NCBI RefSeq assembly: GCF_006345805.1 | Contig: NC_043017.1 | Coordinates: forward strand, 17,236,001-17,300,000 | Direction: 5' to 3' | Length of the DNA stretch: 64,000 nt | From: Octopus sinensis | Taxonomy: Eukaryota | In this document: positions 38,586-51,720 of the stretch, one piece after another | How the letters are laid out: the number at the start of each line of letters is the position of its first letter | Numbering within the stretch: position 1 is the first letter of the stretch | Program-made: the position numbers and the translations under genes | The notes under the pieces: model-generated | What the model was told of the DNA's origin: nothing | The model's database searches: none | Seen by the model: only the letters and a program-made list of their open reading frames with translations

Positions 38586-39754
38586 ATATAGTTGGGAATG
38601 GTCATATTTTGTCTATTAATCACACGTACTCTCTGCTAGATAGGGATACATAACAGAGGAAGACAAAATGGTGTAAGCAAAACAAAAGGAGACACTTGAG
38701 ATAGAGAGTCTCTGAAGGGGTCACAGGATGTGTGACGAAAGAACTTTGACAAAGAAACTAAAGTGATGCTACTAAAGCTGAAATGAAGAGCAAATAAACA
38801 GTGCGTGTGTTTAATTGGCAAAAGATGACCGTCCCCAAGTAAAACAATATCTGTTTCAACACACAATTTTACATCAAGAGTCATGCAAAGCAAATTCATA
38901 AACGTAATTATCATAATAATTAACTTCAAGCAATAAATTAGTTAAGAAACCATCAAAGAAACATCTGATTGCTTGACATATTAGAAATAGCAGTAATAGT
39001 TTCTTTGAAATCTGATACATTGAATTGTATTAGTGAGGAATGGACCCGTTAGAAAACAATAGACAGGCTGATATGGTTGCACGATACCACTGATCCCTAG
39101 TCAACTCGTTCAGTGCTGACCTGGAGTTAAACAACGATCGATCGACAGACAGACACACGCATATGCACACACAAGAATCCGAGAAACAAAATGGAATCTT
39201 GTGAACGCCATGTGCTTTTTTGTCTTTTTTCTTCGCATTTTTCCCTCTAAATATTACCAATTTTTGTGGAAATGAAATATAGCGACTAGGAAATATTTCT
39301 TACCGGAAGTGAGTGTAACGTCACTCTACTCCGATAAGAACTATCATCGATGTATCATCGTCATCAACATTGGCTGTTACGTCTTTAGTCAGTGTGTGTG
39401 TAATTTTTGGGGGAAGTGTATTTATATGTTCTACCGGAACTGATCTCACCGGAAATAAACTTCAATATCTCTCTTTACTCTAATAACTATCACCATCATC
39501 ATCATCATCATCATCATTTATAACACCTTTAGTCACTGCATGAGAGTGTGTAAATGTGTGTAATTATGGGGTTGTGTATGTTTTTAAACCTTTTTTTTTA
39601 GATATTCTGTATCTTTTGATGTTTTAGTGTAAAATAAAATGACAAGACTTCGTGGAGCGGCGGAAGAAATTTGTTGCTGAATTCATTTGCCTCTCCTTAA
39701 CGCTCTGAGTTCAAACCCCGTCGAAGTCAACTTTACCTCAGGCATGGCTGAATA

Positions 39755-40112
39755 GGTGCAGGCGTGGCTGTGTAGGGGCTATGTGGTAAGACGTTTGCTT
39801 CTCAATAAGATGGTTCTGGGTTCAGTCCCACTGCGTGGTACCTTGGGTAAGTATCTTCGACTATAACTTCGTGAGTGGGTTTGGTAGACGAAAACTGAAA
39901 GCCCGTTGGATATGTGTTTGTGTGTGTGTGTGTTACCACTGCTTGACAACCGGTGTTGGTGTATTTAAGCCTCCGTAACATAGCAGTTCGGCAAAAGAAA
40001 CCGATAGACTAAGTAGCAGGCTTAAAAATAAAATAAGTAGTGGAGTCGATTAGTTCGACTAAAATTCCTCAAGGCGGTACCCCAGCATGGCCGCAGCCTA
40101 ATGACTGAAATA
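39755..40112 (+). mobile_element. SINE family B, full length
   Basis: Head, CCTTGGGTAAGT motif, internal (GT)n and tail all present. Confidence 0.85.
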
Positions 40113-40508
40113 GGTTTACAGTAATTATAATTCGACTTTTAATTAAATTTCCTGGTGTTTATAGAAAATATTGAAATGAATGCTAATTTTCAAATAATAA
40201 TAATAATAATAGTAATTGGACGGTGAGTTGGCAAAATTGTTAGCACGGTTGACGAAATGCTTAGCAGTATTTCTTTCACTCGTCGTTACATTCTAAGTTC
40301 GAATTCAGCCGAGGTCGACTTTGCCTTTCATCCTCTTGGGATCGATAAATTAAATACCAGTGAAACACTGAAATCAACTAGTACCCTCCCCACAAATTTG
40401 TAGCTATAGTAGAAAGGATTATTGTTATTATTATTATTATTAATTATTGTAAGCAGGTGAGATGGCCAACTGCTTAGACTATTGCTTAGAAGTTCTGTGA
40501 AAACAGTC

Positions 40509-40546
<38 letters not shown>

Positions 40547-41140
40547 TCATAATACAACTACAAGTCGTGGTATGTTCCTTGTACTCTTCTCTCTCCGCCC
40601 TGCTCTGTCCCCACCCCCGTCACCCACCACCTCGCCATTCCATTATATAACTAGAAGAAATATTTGACTCAATACTCTAAACAAATACTTAACGAACGAA
40701 AGTAAAAAATGAAATGTGTGTCGTCTGTTAAATTTGGTCAATATTTAGATGTACTTTGGCCTCCCATCTTTTATTCTCGCCACCAATATTTGACATTTGT
40801 TGCGTTGCTATGAATCTACGCTTTCTGTGCAAAAGCTATTTGTCTACATGTGTACACAGCACTTCTAATAAATTTTGATCTATTATCAAAGCTAATGGCG
40901 AAGGCGGCGAGCTTCAGAGTAGTTAGGGAGTCGAATAAAATGCCTTTCGCACCTTCAGGGTCGATAAATAAGTATCAGTCGAGCACTGGGGTCGATGTAA
41001 TCAACTAAGCCCCTCTCCCTTCTAAATTTCAGCCCTTGTGCTTACAATAGAAAAAAATTAAAGCCAGTTTCAGCGACCAGCAGATAGACTCGTCGGAGTA
41101 CCGGACAAAATATTGAGGTTAATGGTATTGACAACTACTT

Positions 41141-41360
41141 GGCGGCGATCTGGCAGAAACGTTAGCACGCCGGCGAAATGCTTAGCGGTATTTCGTCTGC
41201 CGCTACGTTCTGAGTTCAAATTCCGCCGAGATCGACTTTGCCTTTCATCCTTTCGGGGTCGATTAAATAAGTAGCAGTTACGCACTGGGGTCTATATAAT
41301 CGACTTAATCCGTTTGTCTGTCCTCTCTGTGTTTAGCCCCTTGTGGGTAGTAAAGAAATA
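41141..41360 (+). mobile_element. SINE family A with 12-bp TSD
   Basis: ggtattgacaac at 41124 and 41361. Confidence 0.92.
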
Positions 41361-42080
41361 GGTATTGACAACCAAACTACAAATTTCAAGGTTTTGTGCC
41401 TTTGATACAAATCTATAACAAGTTAGGCTGACCGACTGCCAGAAGTGTTAGCGCGTCAGATAAAATGCTTTTCGGTAATTATTCCGGCATTCTACGTTCT
41501 GAGTTCAAATTCCGTCGAGGTCGACTTTGCTTTTCACCTAGCCCGTGTTGATAAAAATAAAAAGACTAAACAAATGCTGGGATGAAGCGTATCGGCCACA
41601 CTTTTCCCTTAGTTACTCAGCTCTTGTACTTACGATAGGTCAGTAAAGGCGACTGGTTGGTGGAATCCTTGTTCAGCTCTTTACCTTCTCAATTGAACTC
41701 CCACTGAGGTCGATTTTAGCTTTCATTCCTCCAGGTTTGTTAAAATAAAGCCCCAGTCAAGTACTGCTGTAGATGCTATCGCCTAACCCTGTCCTACATT
41801 TTTCGGTCTTTTGTCTAAACACTGACGAGCAATGATAGGGCGGCGAGTTAGCGGAAGCCTCAGATATTGGACAAAAAATATTTGCTCCGGATTTTTACAT
41901 TCTGAGTTCAAATTTTTGTGCAATCAGCTTCTCCGGTCATCCATCAACGATGAATAAATACAAATAATGAATTGATTGATTAGATATTGATTTTAAAATT
42001 TAGTACAAGGCCAGCAATTTTGGGGAGGGGTAAGTTGATTACGTTGACCCCCAGTACTCAACCGGTACTTATTTTATCAA

Positions 42081-42311
42081 GGCGGCGAGCTGGCAGAATC
42101 GTTAGCACACCGGGCGAAATGCATAGCAGTATTTCGTCTGTCTTTACGTTCTGAGTTCGAATTCCGTCGAGGTCGACTTTGTCTTTCATCCTTTCGGGTT
42201 CGATTAAATAAGTACCAGTTATGCACTGGGGTCGATATAATCGACTTAATCCGTTTATCTGTCCTTGTTTGTCCTCTCTGTGTTTAGCCCCTTGTGGGTA
42301 GTAAAGAAATG
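42081..42311 (+). mobile_element. Young SINE A inserted into an older antisense SINE A (41995-42450)
   Basis: 15-bp TSD ggtacttattttatc at 42064 and 42312; host halves are collinear. Confidence 0.92.
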
Positions 42312-43586
42312 GGTACTTATTTTATCGATCCGGAAAAGATGAAGAGCAAAGTAGACCTCGTTGGAATTTGAATTCAGAACGTAAAGACGAACGAAACGCT
42401 TGCTAAGCATTTCGCCCGGCGTGCTAAAGATTCTGCCACATCACCGCCTTTTGATTGATCACATATTAAACTGTTGAGAGAAATATTTCAACCATTTTAT
42501 TTGATATGCAAAAGAGGTCAGATTTCCTTTCATCTTTCCAGGATTGAAAAAATATTAAAGTAGCAATCCGGAGCGGTGGATTAATGGAACTGTTAGAAAA
42601 TGGGACAAAATTCCTTGTGGTATTTGTTCCGGTTCCTTTACGTTCTAAATGCCCCTCAAAGGTGTTGCGAACTTGGTTGACTTGTCAGAAAACTACCGGA
42701 AGAAAGGCAATAGGAAACCACGAAAATTCCATGTCAAGTATCTCTCATGTAATACACACACACAACTTGTCAAGGAACACACTAGGGATCGCTTAGTATA
42801 AATACGGATGTTTTCTTTTATCCTTTACTTGTTTCGGTCATTTGACTGCGGTCAGGCAGGGGCACCAAAATGTGGGGAGAGGTTATTTCAAATGTTTACA
42901 CAATTGAACATATACTGGGTTACATAATGCAAATGCATGCACACACAAACACACACGCACACACAACATAAGATACTTTTTTAAAAAATCAATTATTTTT
43001 TTTATTTTCAGTTTGTTTAAATATTGATTTTCAATTTGTTATAATTTCTATTGTAATTGTTGTCGTTTCTGAGATACCAGAGTAGAGAGACTCGCAATTA
43101 ATCAATCAAGTAAGCAAACAAACAAACTGTTTGGAAAACTGAGGCACCGAATTGTTGGCTGGACGGGATGTGGGAGAAGATCAGAGAAGAATTGTTGAAA
43201 TGCACAAAACAAAGAAGAAATACTTCTTCTAAACTGATTAATGCATCTTGGGTAAACTTTGAGACTGCCACAGAATAAAGAACAAGAGAAGGAAATCATG
43301 TTTGTATAGAACAAGAAACGCTGATATTGTTAGCATTATATCCGGCATTGTAAAAAAACTATAGTTATATATTGGTTCATAAATGCGTGTGTGATCGGCT
43401 GTGGTTCTTAGTATAAAAGAAGAAAGTGACCCAACTATAGGAAAATGTGAGGGTTTTTTTTTCCTTTCCTGTTTTCAAGTGAAATTTATAAGGTGTCTAT
43501 CTGAGGAATTCAAAGATGTCGATCTTACAGGAAACTCAGAATCATGTCGCATCGTATTTTTGTATGGTCATCATTAAACTATGATA

Positions 43587-43817
43587 CAGGGTGCGACAGA
43601 AAGGTTGCTTCGATTTCAAAGGTTAAAAAACAAACACACGAAGATGCATGAAAAGAGTTTTGTATTTCTACGAAGTTCATTAAATGCCATTTTTTTTTCC
43701 TGTTTCAGGTCGTCCCTACCATAGCCTGGAGTGGAGAGCATCGGTTTTTCTTGTAGCTTCATGTGTTTGTTTTTTTATTAACCTTTGAAATCGTGGCAAC
43801 CTTTCTGCCGCACCCTG
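43587..43817. mobile_element. Tc1/mariner MITE with ~70-bp imperfect TIRs
   Basis: CAGGGTGCGACAGAAAGGTTGC..GATTTCAAAGGTTAA / TTAACCTTTGAAATC..GCAACCTTTCTGCCGCACCCTG; TA on the left. Confidence 0.88.
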
Positions 43818-44002
43818 GATATTAGCTGAGGCGCCACCCTGATGCCACTGCAAGCACCACGTTACTACCAAACACCTTCATAAACATCAAACAGAGACGA
43901 AATAGTTGATGGAAAAATTCGAAACTTAATGACTTATATTTGAATATTTTTCTTCCGCTTATACATTCACAAAATCGGCAGACACACACATACACACGCG
44001 CG

Positions 44003-44041
<39 letters not shown>

Positions 44042-44634
44042 GTGTTTTTAATCAACTTTTGGAGAGCGTTCGCTTTCATTGTCGGGTTCAAACTGGTGTG
44101 AATTTCAATTAAGCGAAAATAGCACTGAAATGCTGTTAGGTAGACAGGAATATCATTTATTCAAAAATAAATTATTTTATTTCAATACACAAATTTGAAA
44201 ACACACATACACACACACATTCGTACATAGACAGACAGCTAGACAATATTTTTCTTACTGGCGCTACTTAATTACGTAAACACCACCAGGCACCATAAAA
44301 TATTCAAATTCTTCAGAGATTCTTCTGAAATTTAAACATTTCTGAGGCTGTACTACTCTCGTTTCATTGAGAGAAAACATCCCAAAGCATTTCAACTGCA
44401 AAAAGTATGTCGACAGGCTGATAACCGACACACATGAGCGCACACACACGCACGCACGCACACACACACACACACACACACAAACCACAGTCACTGGAAC
44501 ACCGAGTCTTCTGTGTCACTCTTCTCACAACTACTATCCTTCTACGATGGGCTTTTCTCCTCTAAACTAGCAGCTCTTCTCACCTCACTCCGCTTCTTAA
44601 GCTTTACGTTAGAAATATATTTTCACAATCATAA

Positions 44635-44860
44635 GGCGGCGAGCTGGCAGAAACGTTAGCGCACCGGGCGAAATGCTTTGCCGTATTTCGTCTGCCGTTA
44701 CGTTCTGAGTTCAAATTCCGCCGTGGTCGACTTTGCCTTTCACCCTCTCGGGGCGATAAATAAAGTACCAGTTACGCACTGGGTCGATGTAATCGACTTA
44801 ATCCCTTTGTCTGTCCTTGTTTGTCCGCTCTATGTTTACCTTGTGGGTAGTAAAGAAATA
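44635..44860 (+). mobile_element. SINE family A with 16-bp TSD
   Basis: tatattttcacaatca at 44616 and 44861. Confidence 0.92.
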
Positions 44861-46437
44861 TATATTTTCACAATCAGTCTTTTACTTTTTTCTTTTTCCT
44901 CTTCTTCTTCCCTAACCTCCACCCCCACCCTATTGAAATTTAGTTCGTCTGGTTTTCCTTTCCTCTTAATTGTGTTGCTTTTTAAGATCCTCATCATCGT
45001 TATCATTGTAATTATTATCATCGTTGTCGTCATTTTCATCGATCTGTAGGAATCTAAGCTAAACCCCACAATCGCCACCACCTTCATGCTATGGTACCAA
45101 TCTGGGAGTAAGGCCTGTAGAGATCAGGCACTCCGCCCCCTCACGCATAGATATTGTGCAAACATACGCCTACACCTACACACACACACACACACACACA
45201 CAGACACATGCGCATTTGAAAGATGTACACATAAAGTGCGTGTAATCGAGAAGCACCCACCACCTCCGTCACCATGTTAATTTCTTAAGTAGTTTTAAGT
45301 AGCTAACACATAGATATAATACTCATATATTTATGACGTTATTAAACCCATCACGTGGTTTGACGTATGTGTGGGCGTGTTAATAAGACTGGGTGACAGA
45401 GAGAGAGAGAAAGAGAGAGAAAGAGAATGTAGGTGTAATTATCTTAAGTGCATACATGTTTAAGTGGATGTAAAGAGACATCTTGTGTGCATATCTGTGT
45501 TCTAGAGTGTTGCGTGTAGGTGTAAGTGCGTATGTGTGTGTATTAAAATTTAATTAATCCATATGCAAATTTGCTTGTGTGAATTGTGCATATGTAATAT
45601 ATAGCAGTTAAATCTAAAGATAAAGGGGGCGAAGGATAATTACATTTGTTATCTTTGTTTTCAAAGTAGGGAAAACCCCCAAGTCAGCTTTCAGACAATT
45701 GAACCTCGTCAGCGTAGTATAATCTAACCAAGCCTCCAAATAAATGGTTTAGAGTTTTACATATGCAAAGAGTTGGGAGTATATCATGGTACAACATACA
45801 CAATATCTATCTCTGTATCTATCTGTATGGATATACCTTTTACTTGTTTCGTGTTGCCATGCTAGGATTAACGTCTTGAAATTAGTTGACCAAATCGACC
45901 CCAAATCTTTTAAATTTATTACTTATGTTTTTACCGAACGAAGATTTGGGACAAACTCAGACGTATCGATATTGCCTTCGATCTTTCCGGTCGTGCCTTT
46001 TAGCAATGTATGATTTGCAATATATGTGTCAATCCTTTAAGTACTGAGTGACCTGCGAGATATGGTGACGTCTGTATCTAAACTCTACAAGGTATCTTGC
46101 AATACCGGAAAGAAAGCAACAGGAAACCGCTTTTGTATTTTTCCCCACAAAAATTCCATGACAAGTACATTGTGGATGTGAAGGCGGTCGTAGAGGTTAT
46201 TTTTCGATCTGACAGTTCAGAAAGAAACCAAGCAGCCACACATTGGCGCAGTTGCTGAGACCGCCAAATTGAATATCATTGGAAGGTGTCGAAGTTATGA
46301 TGGTATTTGGTCGATAACTAATGAGGAATTGAGCACGTCTTCACTTATTGGGGTTTAACCTGCTTCTTCGTATGTTCCTTTATCGTGCCCCACATTTTTA
46401 TGTGTGCCTGTGCAAAATATATATATGTATAAGTCGT

Positions 46438-46676
46438 AGCACTCCGTCGGTTACGACGACGAAGGTTCCGGTTGATCCGATCAACGAAACAGCCTGCTCG
46501 TGAAATTAACGTACAAGTGGCTGAGCACTCCACAGACACGTGTACTCTTAACGTAGTTCTCCGGGAGATTCATCATGACACAGTGTGACGAGGATGGCCC
46601 TTTGAAATACAGGTACAACAGAAACAGGAAGAGAGAGTGAGAGAAAGCTGCTATGAAAGAGTATAGCAGGGTTCGC
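46438..46676 (-). mobile_element. SINE family C, 3' portion
   Basis: Close match to 31810-32047. Confidence 0.88.
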
Positions 46677-48177
46677 ACCCACTTGGAGTTAATATACCTT
46701 TGTTTATAATTTTAATGATTAGATTCAATTAGTATTTCATTCTTAGGGTATTTGTTATTGCTTTTTAAACATGTCTAATAAATTGCTTGATTTAAGGTAA
46801 CTTTTCTTATAGTACTAATCTGCCTGAATACCCGGCTTTAATTGTACCCATATAGTGCCAATATACTCTTTTAAATTGTTTTACAATAATAGGAACTATA
46901 TAATTTTAATGACTATGCAATGCTTATTAAGCATATTTAGTTTACTGTGACAACTAGAGAGTTTCATTATTTGATAATATTTCAACATGTGATTTGGCCT
47001 TGCGTACCTGTATATATTTAATTATTACCACAATTTGCTATATACAAAGTTGAGCCCAATTTCATTTCCTAGTAGCTTTAATTGAATCGCTGAGTTGCCA
47101 GTACTGGTTGCCTCCCCTTAAACACAATCCCGTGGATTCCTTCACTTTTCCCTCATGCAGGTGTTGTAACGTTAAGATGCTGAAGGACATAAATGGCCCC
47201 CACAACATCTATAACCTTGACTTCTCCCCCAGAACTTTTTTCTTTTCTTATTTATTTTATAAACAAATTCTTTGTAGCGGTTTTAACTTGTGGCCGCGGT
47301 TCAATTTGTAACTGACCAATTGGACTTAGACATGACCCATTGTGGACCGTAGGTGGGATCCATGGTACTAATTCCAGTGAATAAATGTTCTTAAGCACCA
47401 TACGGTAATTGCTTACTTTTACTGCCCTTTGATAATCATGGTAGTATTTTTCTTATATACATTTTCATGATAACTTCTTTTTTTAAATGCTATCCCCTAC
47501 CCTTCAAATTGCATCTGCCCGTTAATAAATTGTAGTATTCCCCTAGACCATTACTAGCTCACTCTTTTACATACAGACTTCGTAGCTCCAAGATGGTAGA
47601 TTATATGCTTTTAACATATTGGGGCTTCTAGACTTTTTGTCTAGGCCATGTTTTCTTTCCTTTCCCTTCTTCGGAAAATGGCGTTCCCGAGAATCTTTAT
47701 CGTTGTGGTGATTAAAGATTCTCATGAATTCCATTTTCCGTTTCCCTCATTCATTATAAACTCAATGAACACTGCAGAATTTGAGAGGTAGATAGGGTGA
47801 CACTTATATATCAAAGGTGTGGACGGCATCATTTAGCCTAAACAGTGAAAGTACGTTAATCGGCATACTATTCACCGTATTCTCTAAGCCCAAATAATTA
47901 CTCTCTCTTTATATATTGCCCTTACCTTCGAAACACGGAATAAGTCGAAGCAAGGGCAGCTGAAGAAGGGGAATGTTCCTTGTGTTGTTTGTCTTGTACT
48001 CTGTTTTTACGTTGTTTAAAAAAGTCCGTTTCCATGTTTTGTTTTTATGTTTTCGTTTCTCGTTGTATTCTACGTTTTTTTGTGGTGTCCTGTACCCATA
48101 TATGCATGTATATATACATACAGATGTAGGTAAGTACATATATGTATGTATGCATGTGTTTTATTTATTAAATTATT

Positions 48178-48222
<45 letters not shown>

Positions 48223-48227
48223 CACAC

Positions 48228-48268
<41 letters not shown>

Positions 48269-49158
48269 AAGAAAGAAAGAGAGAAGTGTTTGTATTTGGT
48301 GAGCTATTTATTAACCTGCGTATTTCATTGTCTGTCGGTATACTGGGTGCCCACCACCATCACAACCACTCCCATTCAAATCGGTACATTTTTCAATGGG
48401 GAAACATAGCATATACAATAAAAACGAAGACAGTGCAACACTGCTGTAGTAGTAGTAGTATAGTAGTAGTAGTAGTAGTAGTAGTAAATATTGCGTGAAT
48501 TGAGTATCCAGTACTACTACTACTACTTCTATTATTAGTACTACTACCACCGCCACCACTACTAATATAACTATCACTACCAACGCCACAACCACTACTA
48601 TCACCACCACTGTGGCCACCAGATCTATCTAATTAGATAATAAATGTATGAAATCAGGGCAGATTGTTATTAATTCAATGGATTTAATCAGGGAGTTGTG
48701 GATTAGATAGAGAGAGGGATCGAGAATGTGAAGAAGGAGCAGACAGACGCATAGAAATAGATAGACAGACAGACAGACATAATCATACAGGTACAGACAG
48801 CAAAATGCGTACATGAAGTATTGATATAGAGACAAAAAGATACACACACACATACATACACACACGCACGCACGCACACATTGACTGACTTACTGAAGTT
48901 CATTCATAAGTTGTGGAGAGGGGGGAAGGGACAAAATGGTGGCGTGTATCGAATTTTAATGTCAATGTTGGGGGAAGGAGGCGAGGTTCACAACAGCACT
49001 GCAGACATACATAGAGACTAAAAACAAGGTCATGTTTTGCATGTAAGCTTACCAAAACACACACATTATTTACATATATATATACATACGTTATATACAC
49101 TCACGTTGTATACATATACACGCACACTCACTCGAATATATATATATATATATATATA

Positions 49159-49337
49159 GATCGGTAGCCACTACACATATTTCTCTTCTCTCCTTGTTTT
49201 TTTCTGTGTCCCTTTCTGTAAAAGAGCGTAGGCTTGAAATGTAAAAAACTTTTTCAATTCCTGAGCGTTATACTATTACATCTGTTTGTTTTCTACACCA
49301 CCTGTCTTCGTCTTTTGTTTTTTTCTTGAACTCTCCC

Positions 49338-49340
<3 letters not shown>
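49159..49340 (+). mobile_element. (TA)n-inserted element, same family as 15943-16147; hammerhead-like motif decayed
   Basis: CTGTAAA-A-GAGC-GTAG-GCTT-GAAA-TG-TA; (TA)n on both sides. Confidence 0.75.
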
Positions 49341-49379
<39 letters not shown>

Positions 49380-49534
49380 CAAGATAAGAAAATGGAGAAA
49401 TACATCTAAATCAAATATATATATATATATAGTTAATCCAAACAAGAAAACACAGAAAAAAACACAGCAACGCGAGGACGTGGAACAATTAAAGTATTAT
49501 TTGACGCTCAGGAAAGAAGGGAAATATATATATA

Positions 49535-49575
<41 letters not shown>

Positions 49576-49576
<1 letters not shown>

Positions 49577-49860
49577 GTGTTCTGAGTAATCTTAAAGCCA
49601 TCATGCTAAACGACATCGGTCGCTCTCCAACAGGTTCAATGGTCGAGTCAGTGGCAGTGGAGACCTCCGGGTTGTAGGCTCCCTGGCCATATCCCTGCTC
49701 ACCGTCAGCGAGGCGAAGACGGCTTTTCGCAAGTGCAAGCCCAGTGGGACCGAGTGGCTGTTTCAGTGCATCTCCCTCGCCATCCTCCGGGGCAACAACA
49801 CCTTTCTTATTTCGTCTGCTGGAGCCACGAGAAATGTTTCTTGTGTGAGCGGCAAGTTTC
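49576..49860 (+). mobile_element. CRE-like (restriction-like endonuclease) non-LTR retrotransposon C-terminal fragment
   Basis: With one frameshift reads VESVAVETSG/VGSLAISLL...TEWLFQCISLAILRGNN, matching the PxAVETxG...WLFQRxSxAxxRGN pattern of CRE-type ORF ends; follows (TA)n. Confidence 0.7.
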
Positions 49861-50369
49861 TTCAAAATTAATTCAAATAATGGCAGTGTATGTATGACAA
49901 CAGAAAAGTAATATTCACGAGTTCACGGCACATAGGAAAAGTCGTGTTCATCATGGTCTTTCATCCGATGTACACTCCATGTTCCACCTAGGGTTTTCAT
50001 CCGACTAAAGACCTATCACCTTCATATAAATTAGCTTGATTTTGCCCTTTAGCTTAATAACACCACCTTAGTCTTTTTAAGTCATGTTTTTTGGACGTTA
50101 TGGTTCATTGAAATAAAGAGGCATTGTTTACCAAAATGTATCCAGGCGCTGGTTGTTATGTAAGGTATTGCTCGGTGGAATTTCTCTCTGAATATTATGA
50201 CGTCTTTTTCTCTTCAGGTGGGAGAAGAAGGGGAGATTTACAACAGCACTGCAGACATATGTAGACTGTTTTACATGTAAGCTTACCATAACACACATTA
50301 TTTACATATATACACGTACAGTACATACACTCACATTGTATACATATGCACACACACACACACACACGA

Positions 50370-50404
<35 letters not shown>

Positions 50405-50493
50405 TGTATGTATGTATGTATGTATGTATGTATGTATGTATGTATGTATGTATGTATGTGCGTATATATCTATACTCTGGACACCTTTGATAA

Positions 50494-50906
50494 CTATTTT
50501 TCTCTGGTGGACTCTCAAAGCCATTCGATGTTGAAAAACCTATTATAATTTTATAATTAAATATGATTACGGAGATGTACTTGCATAGCAAGTGACCTGA
50601 TCTGAGACGGTGTGTTGGAACAGAATTTTGTCAGTGAACAGGTCGCGGTCTTAAAGCGACGAAAATATTTTGACAAATTAAATTTAAATGTTGAAGTGAA
50701 TCTAACGGTTTTGTGTGTTTCTTAAATGGCTTATAAACACCTTCCCCGCTGCAATTGTTATATATAATTAGGTATTGTATTTTTAAAAATTGTTAAAATA
50801 TTTTGTGTATTGTAGAATTATAAACAATTTATTGTCGATAAATTCTAACTATAAAATCTTGTATGGAAACCCCTAAGGCCATATAGAATCCTGCTGAGAA
50901 CTACTG
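50494..50906. mobile_element. hAT/Charlie-like MITE lacking a clear left TIR, with an insert at ~50570-50760
   Basis: TCTGGTGGACTC..GCCATTCGATG body and right end GCTGAGAACTACTG. Confidence 0.6.
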
Positions 50907-51720
50907 GTGTAATGCATTCACTTCAAATACACAACACCATAACATATACACACGCACAACATAACGAAGGCTTGAGACCTGGTTAGGATGGTGTACTGGG
51001 GATCGTTATATTATGGTTTCGATTTCCAGACCGAGTGGTGCGATATATTCTGGAACAGAACTTCATTTCTCGTTTCTCTTGTACACAAAATGAGTAGCCC
51101 TACGACACACGGAAGTTGTGACTTCGGTCACAGATATATATGATTACCAGTTGACTAATATAATCTAGTTTCAATTTAAGCTGGTCTGGTTATTGTGAAC
51201 AGATTCAACCTGACCCGAAACAGAATTCACTCTGTACGTAAATCACAATGTAGAACAACATAACACTACATATTGAAGCACTATGCGCTTTGTTTTCTAT
51301 TTGTAAATCCTATTTCTATGGACAAGCACACACACACACACGCGCGTGTGAAAATGTGGAAAAGACCTCGACTAAACTGGGAGAGGTCTAGCAATCACTC
51401 ACTACATGCTTTTAGAAGGATTGCTGGGAATCCATCAGGGCCAGTAGCCGAGTTTGGGTTCATTTCATCTATAGCCCTGATCATATCGTCTTCCTTTATA
51501 TTGATGTAATCAATCATCACTGCCTCTAGTTTTTATATCTGCATATAAATATATGTGTGTGTTTGTGTGTGCATAGGAGAAATCCAAGGGAACAATCTCA
51601 ATGTAGCTAAAAGTTGTTAAGTCTCCTAGGGAATAATCCCGAGATTGTAAGACTTATTTAGTTAAAATATAAAAAGGAGGTGAACGCTCGGGACGTTGTT
51701 AATCCATTTATATCATGAAG

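Noticed and set aside
39030-39135. Minus-strand acceptor followed by an open segment (SALNELTRDQWYR...)
   Set aside because: No recognisable homology and no partner exons
43140-43280. Peptide WLDGMWEKIREELLK...ASWVNFET
   Set aside because: Possibly a decayed LINE inter-domain region, but too short and weak to call
49497-49865. 122-aa minus-strand ORF with normal-looking composition
   Set aside because: Antisense shadow of the GC-richer CRE-like fragment, running into (TA)n
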